Below are positions 7,456-11,876 of a DNA stretch of 11,876 bases, in pieces. Source of the DNA: a bacterium (GTDB lineage Bacteria > Electryoneota > AABM5-125-24 > Hatepunaeales > Hatepunaeaceae); assembly GCA_025774605.1 (NCBI GenBank), contig JALGVR010000088.1:1-11876 (forward strand). The letters run 5' to 3'. Each line of letters begins with the position of its first letter. Within the stretch, counting starts at the first letter, position 1. The notes beneath the pieces were generated by a model. The model was not told the origin of the DNA. It ran no database searches and worked only from the letters and a program-made list of their open reading frames with translations. The position numbers and the translations under genes are program-made.

Positions 7456-10017
7456 ATGAACAGACATTCGCTGTCAATAGTTGGATATACAACACTTTTC
7501 CTACTGTCAGTTCTGTTGCCTGCGAACCGGCTTCTCGCCGATATTAACGACCCGGCATATCACACGTTGGAGGAGATCCACGCCCGGATCTTTGCGCTGC
7601 AGGATTCTGTGCCGCAATGGGTCAGGGTCGATTCCATCGGTCACAGCCAGGAGGACGGGCTGCCGATCTATGTTGTCAAGGTCAACGAGCGGGTCAACGA
7701 GGACAATTCCGGACGTCCGGCGGTGTTCTTCCATGATCTGCACGCCGAAGAAGTGCTGGGTGTTGAATTCCAAATGTGGCTGCTGGAAAAGCTGGTCAGG
7801 CACGACGACCGGAAATCGCGCGACTGGTGGCGGTATATTGACACCTGGATCTGCCCGACATCAAACCCGGAAGGCTTGCGGGAAGTGTACAGAACCGATC
7901 CATCCTGGCGTAAAAACAAACGCTGCAATATGCAGGACGGACGATTCCGCTGGGTGAAGGGCTGGGGCGGCGACACGTCCGGCGTTGACATGAACCGAAA
8001 CTTCCCGCTGTTCTGGTCGCACGGCGACAGGTTTCTGAAACTCAGCCGCAATGAACTGTACGACTATTACCGCGGACCCGGTCCGCTCAGCGAAGCCGAA
8101 ACGCAGGCGCTTGACCGCTTCATCGATCGGATACGCCCGTTGTTCGCCCTGACCATCCACAGCTCGAGAACCGGCAATGTCGCCGAGCGGATCTACTATC
8201 CGTGGGGAAGAGGCTGGGAGAAGTATTCAAATCCCAAGCTTTCGCCGGATATAGACGCGATTAGAAATCTTGCCGAGTCCATGGTGGCGCGCACCTCCAA
8301 GTACGGTCAACCGGCGCAGACTTATCTTGCCGCACCGATAAGCAGCTGGGTTGGCGAGTGTGATTCATATTTTTACTGGAAATACGGCGTATTTTCGATG
8401 AGGATCGAAATCGGCGGCGCCGATGAGGCGATGCAACCGGATTCCGCGGGTATTATGCAGGTAATCGATGGCTGCCACAACGGCATCGAATACCTGCTTA
8501 ACTGCGCTATCGAGACGACCAACACGGACGAAGACGACAGGGGTGAAATCGACCAGAGACGCGTCGATATCAAGACCGTCGATCAGCAGCGACCGGTCTC
8601 AGCGGTTCTCCAGATGAAGAACAGGTCGTCGCCGATGATGCCTTTCCGCAGCACGGGTTCATTCACCGGTCTTTATCAATGGCTGCTGCCGATCGGTTAT
8701 TCCGATACGCTGACGGTTCGCAAATACGGTTACTACTCCCATCGCGGCAGGATTACGTCCAACACGCCGCGCTCGGCACTGGTGACGGTCAACATGACTC
8801 CACTGCCCTTTCACACGCTGACGCTGCAGACGTTCGGCGCGGACAGCGCGCTCATTGATGATGATATTGAGCTTGAGGTTCGTCAAACCTGGTCTCCACA
8901 GGCTGTGAGCGGATGGGGTTCGGGGGAGTCCGGATCACGCATCGACGTCCCGTTAAATCATCCGGACAACATGCGGCGGTACGTTATACAAGCCGGACGG
9001 GTGCAGATCGACCTCCCGGAGGGCGGGTACAGCCTCACCCTTGTTGACGGTTCAAACCTGGTCCCGCGCCGCGTCGAGATGGATCTTGTTTCGGATTCCG
9101 CACTGTCGGTCGTTCTCGCGGAAGCGGTTCCGATGCTGAACCAGGATTTCGACGGAGCGGACCTGCTCTACACATCGGACAACCTCGTCAATCCCAGCGG
9201 GCAGGCCGGCGATTCGCTCGCCAGGTGGGAGGTCACCGACGGCATTTATCATTCGTATCCCCGCTGTCTGACGGATACGCGGTACGGCAGCACGCTGATA
9301 AATGAGGACGGCTGGTGCGCCCCGTACAATATGCTCGACGATCATTTCAATCTCGAAACGGCCGGCGGCGTTGCGCTGGTTTACTGGCTCAACCAGGCTC
9401 TTGAGCCGGGATACGACTCGATGTGGGTGGAGGTTTCGACTGATGGTCAGCCGGGAAGCGACCCGGACGACTGGACGTGGATTCAGGTTGCTCCCGCCCA
9501 CCAGGAGTTATCGATCCTTCAGAACGTGCCGCTGCGTCCCTGGAACGCCGCGTCGGTCAACCTCCAGCAATACGCGCCGTGGAAGCGGTTTGTGATCATG
9601 CTTGACGATTATGCGGGAGAACCGACGTTCCACTTCCGTTTCCACATCCGGTCGGACGAGTTCATCCGCGAGGACGGCGTTTACATCGATGATGTGATGC
9701 TGTTGGCGTCGGGTGTTGCGGCAACCTCAACGGCTTCCATGCCCGCGTTGCCTCTCCGGTTTCGACTTGACAAGCCCTATCCCAATCCGTTCAACGGCGG
9801 GCTCAGCGTCCCGTTCACTCTTCCCCGCGAGGGACTGGTGGAGGTGGCGCTGTTTGATTTATGCGGCAGGCGGGTCTGGATGGGTCTGTCGGCTCATTAT
9901 CCGTCCGGTGCTCACGTGATGAGCGTCGATGTGGGCGACCTGGCTTCGGGAATGTATCTGTTGCGCGGGATTTCGCCCCACGGCCGGGATGTCAGGAAGG
10001 TCGTACTGGTTAAATAG
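7456..10017 (+). CDS. secreted M14 zinc carboxypeptidase with T9SS C-terminal sorting domain (CPG70-like)
   Basis: An N-terminal signal peptide (MNRHSLSIVGYTTLFLLSVLLPANRLLA) is followed by an M14 catalytic domain. Zinc ligands are HxxE (FFHDLHAEE) and a later His (LTIHSS); substrate-binding NR sits in VDMNRNFP. A middle beta-sandwich region (W..G.....YDSMWVEVSTDG...W...F...GVYIDDVML) looks MAM-like. The last roughly 85 aa (KPYPNPFNGGLSVPFTLPREGLVEVALFDLCGRRV...GMYLLRG...RKVVLVK) match the T9SS type-A CTD (Por_Secre_tail). Confidence 0.85.
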   Translation: MNRHSLSIVGYTTLFLLSVLLPANRLLADINDPAYHTLEEIHARIFALQDSVPQWVRVDSIGHSQEDGLPIYVVKVNERVNEDNSGRPAVFFHDLHAEEVLGVEFQMWLLEKLVRHDDRKSRDWWRYIDTWICPTSNPEGLREVYRTDPSWRKNKRCNMQDGRFRWVKGWGGDTSGVDMNRNFPLFWSHGDRFLKLSRNELYDYYRGPGPLSEAETQALDRFIDRIRPLFALTIHSSRTGNVAERIYYPWGRGWEKYSNPKLSPDIDAIRNLAESMVARTSKYGQPAQTYLAAPISSWVGECDSYFYWKYGVFSMRIEIGGADEAMQPDSAGIMQVIDGCHNGIEYLLNCAIETTNTDEDDRGEIDQRRVDIKTVDQQRPVSAVLQMKNRSSPMMPFRSTGSFTGLYQWLLPIGYSDTLTVRKYGYYSHRGRITSNTPRSALVTVNMTPLPFHTLTLQTFGADSALIDDDIELEVRQTWSPQAVSGWGSGESGSRIDVPLNHPDNMRRYVIQAGRVQIDLPEGGYSLTLVDGSNLVPRRVEMDLVSDSALSVVLAEAVPMLNQDFDGADLLYTSDNLVNPSGQAGDSLARWEVTDGIYHSYPRCLTDTRYGSTLINEDGWCAPYNMLDDHFNLETAGGVALVYWLNQALEPGYDSMWVEVSTDGQPGSDPDDWTWIQVAPAHQELSILQNVPLRPWNAASVNLQQYAPWKRFVIMLDDYAGEPTFHFRFHIRSDEFIREDGVYIDDVMLLASGVAATSTASMPALPLRFRLDKPYPNPFNGGLSVPFTLPREGLVEVALFDLCGRRVWMGLSAHYPSGAHVMSVDVGDLASGMYLLRGISPHGRDVRKVVLVK

Positions 10018-10066
10018 TCCTGTTGAGAAATCATCCATATCTTCAAACTCAAACCCGGGGTCGCCT

Positions 10067-10690
10067 TTGGTTCGTGTCAGGATTATAGTTTTCATATTGA
10101 TTGCTTCGATATCTCTTTCACGAGATGCCGCCGCAGCCGGATTGACCGTCATTCCGCGTGGAGGTTTATCCCAGCCGCTTGGAGCGACTGCAGGCGACTT
10201 CAAGCTCGGTTATATAGTGGAGCTGGACTTGTATAAACCACCCGCCGACGGAGCCGGCACCTGGGGTGTGCGCATCGGTTTCCAGCGCTGGAATCCGAAT
10301 GCCGACGCGATGTTGAAACTGGGCGACCGGGAATTCGAGGTTGAGAAGAGCCGGGGCTGGCGCGCCGTCGGTGAACTGTCCGGCGTTGCGGCCTGGAGGC
10401 TTAGGGCGCTGCCCGGGTGCCTGGGTAACATCCGGATCGAAGGAGGTGTTGGTCTGTTCTGGCTGCGTCAGCCGGATATATTTGTCAAGGGATATCACGC
10501 CGTGGGAAACAGTGCGCTGAACCGTGAGATCACGCTCGAACACGACAGCCAGGTAACGGCAGGCATATCCGCCGGTTTTTCAATGCCGATTGCGGGCAGG
10601 ATCGAACCCATGGTGAGGTGTTACCATATCCTTACATCGGATGGGACGACATCCATCCTGACCGCGGGGATGGGATTGTTGGTGGAGTAG
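10067..10690 (+). CDS. putative small outer-membrane beta-barrel protein (about 8 strands)
   Basis: The ORF track opens at 9929 inside the peptidase gene. The first plausible start after the peptidase stop is the TTG at 10067, which gives MVRVRIIVFILIASISLSRDAAAAG, a signal-peptide-like N-terminus. The mature part shows alternating hydrophobic dyads typical of amphipathic beta-strands (GYIVELDLY, WGVRIGFQRW, IRIEGGVGLFWL, QVTAGISAGFSM, SILTAGMGLLVE). Both the start codon and the exact family are uncertain. Confidence 0.45.
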   Translation: MVRVRIIVFILIASISLSRDAAAAGLTVIPRGGLSQPLGATAGDFKLGYIVELDLYKPPADGAGTWGVRIGFQRWNPNADAMLKLGDREFEVEKSRGWRAVGELSGVAAWRLRALPGCLGNIRIEGGVGLFWLRQPDIFVKGYHAVGNSALNREITLEHDSQVTAGISAGFSMPIAGRIEPMVRCYHILTSDGTTSILTAGMGLLVE

Positions 10691-10699
10691 GAGTTGGAA

Positions 10700-11554
10700 T
10701 CAATAGAACGTCTCGACTTCAATTCGTCCCCATCTGCGGGCGATGCGATCGGCCGCCCGCTGCCATATAATCGCCACAATCAACGACACAACCGTAGTCA
10801 ACGCCAGCCTCGACCATAGCGTTGCTATGCCAAGATCGGGAAGTGAAAGCGTCGCTGAAGATCCATACAGCGCATGTCGCCACAGTTCCGCCCAGTAAGT
10901 GATCGGCAGCAGTTCGCCGATATCGGCGAGGTATCCCGGGAGTATGCTCAGCGGGATCACGGCGCCCGAGAGAAGAAACAACATTCCCGCCACACCCTCG
11001 ACCATCACCCAGCCTAAGCGGTCAACAAGCAGCATTACGCCGGCGAGTATCCAGCCCAGCGCCAGGCAGCCGGCAAGTCCGACGGCGAACCCGCCGAGCA
11101 GCATCAGCCAGTCGATGCCCCCTGTTCGTACGGGTGTGCCGAGGAAAAGAAAGCCGGCGATGATGGTTAGAGCCGCTCCGACGGTGGCGATGCCGATCTT
11201 GGATGTCGCTCTGCCGAACAGTTGCACCGGAAACGGCACGGGAGCGATATATATATAGCGGAGTACACGGTAGTGCTCCCGGTCCTCGACCACCGCCCAG
11301 CCGCAGCCCTGCAGGATAAGCCTGACGAATATGAATACGCCTGATCCCGCCATCACAAAGGAGATAAAGCCTGTCTGGTGGGCGTCACCCAAAATCACGA
11401 GGTACATGAAGACCAGGATCAGCACTCCGGACGCCGGCGCGAGCAGGGCGATCAGCAGGTAGACCAGCGGCGGCGCCCAGTTGCCGTCCATGTTCCAGCC
11501 GAGGAGGACGCTGGCTTTGTAAGCCTGATATATTTTCGAAAAGGATGTTGACAT
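10700..11554 (-). CDS. ABC-2-type transporter permease (polytopic membrane protein)
   Basis: A minus-strand ORF. The likely start is the Met at 11554 (MSTSFSKIYQAYK...) rather than the upstream Met of the ORF track, which would run into the palindrome/repeat region. It has six to seven hydrophobic helices and a C-terminal LLPITYWAELWRHALYG stretch resembling the conserved NPLTY...R region of ABC-2 permeases. No ATPase gene is adjacent in the window. Confidence 0.55.
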   Translation of the reverse strand: MSTSFSKIYQAYKASVLLGWNMDGNWAPPLVYLLIALLAPASGVLILVFMYLVILGDAHQTGFISFVMAGSGVFIFVRLILQGCGWAVVEDREHYRVLRYIYIAPVPFPVQLFGRATSKIGIATVGAALTIIAGFLFLGTPVRTGGIDWLMLLGGFAVGLAGCLALGWILAGVMLLVDRLGWVMVEGVAGMLFLLSGAVIPLSILPGYLADIGELLPITYWAELWRHALYGSSATLSLPDLGIATLWSRLALTTVVSLIVAIIWQRAADRIARRWGRIEVETFY

Positions 11555-11590
11555 AATCGATCTACAAAAAATACGCGGGATCGTTTGAAA

Positions 11591-11613
11591 CCCGGATAGC
11601 ATAGCTATCCGGG
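11591..11613. promoter_or_regulatory. perfect 10-bp palindrome CCCGGATAGC-ATA-GCTATCCGGG, 37 nt upstream of the permease start (operator or hairpin candidate)
   Basis: CCCGGATAGC at 11591-11600 is the exact reverse complement of GCTATCCGGG at 11604-11613, with a 3-nt spacer. It lies between the ABC-2 permease start (11554, minus strand) and the C/G-hairpin repeat array. Confidence 0.45.
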
Positions 11614-11628
11614 CCACCCAGGCTGTTC

Positions 11629-11734
11629 TTTTCCCCCTACAGAGCAGCGGGGAATTGCCCAACTTTCCCCCCCTACAGAGTAAGGGAATTACCCAACTTT
11701 CCCCCCCTGCAGAGTAGGGGGGGACTAAGGGGGG
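11629..11734. repeat. tandem array of three approximately 34-35 bp units, each a C-run / CTRCAGAGT / G-run hairpin
   Basis: Unit 1 is 11629-11663 (TTTTCCCCCTACAGAGCAGCGGGGAATTGCCCAAC). Unit 2 is 11664-11697 (TTTCCCCCCCTACAGAGTAAGGGAATTACCCAAC). Unit 3 is 11698-11734 (TTTCCCCCCCTGCAGAGTAGGGGGGGACTAAGGGGGG). Unit 3 forms a 10-bp hairpin, CCCCCCCTGC-AGA-GTAGGGGGGG, that is perfect if one G:U pair is allowed. Units 1 and 2 are degenerate versions. Confidence 0.7.
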
Positions 11735-11876
11735 TTACGCTGTTTCCTTCTCCTGATTCGCCGCTATAAACGCCGCCCGGCATCGGTCATGTTATCGCGC
11801 AATTCACGGGCGCGATTTCGTAATTCTCCGTGACCGTTGGCAACTGATATATTCATTTTTATCATAAGGTAACCCC

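Noticed and set aside
11629-11734. CRISPR array
   Set aside because: The units abut directly with no unique spacers. There are only three copies, and the units are internally palindromic hairpins with variable C/G run lengths. No cas genes are present.
11764-11865. 33-aa minus-strand ORF at the window edge, as an independent annotated gene
   Set aside because: It is below any reasonable length threshold, has no ribosome-binding site and no recognisable motif, and the window truncates its upstream context. It is mentioned only as a possible leader peptide in the findings.

Overview
This 11.9 kb window looks like a chromosomal segment from a moderately GC-rich bacterium of the FCB superphylum (Bacteroidota, Fibrobacterota, Latescibacterota, Zixibacteria and similar). 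The phylum call rests on one secreted protein carrying a clear type IX secretion (T9SS) C-terminal sorting domain; the exact phylum cannot be decided from this sequence alone. I can support ten protein-coding genes: an SPFH/stomatin-like protein, an RsuA/RluB-family pseudouridine synthase, a PAP2 phosphatase, an OsmC-like protein, queuine tRNA-ribosyltransferase (tgt), an LVIVD-repeat beta-propeller lipoprotein, alanine racemase (alr), an M14 zinc carboxypeptidase with a T9SS tail, a small probable outer-membrane beta-barrel protein, and an ABC-2-type permease. I found no rRNA, tRNA, CRISPR array, transposase, integrase, toxin-antitoxin pair or recognisable defence-system gene. The coding content is ordinary housekeeping and envelope genes, with no evidence for a novel multi-gene system. 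What the genes do not explain is the intergenic DNA: several long, strongly structured spacers carry short tandem repeats, palindromes and a recurring C-run/G-run hairpin motif, which looks like an undescribed small repeat family. These repeat elements are the best second-look targets. All domain assignments are my own reading of the translated sequence; no database search was run.
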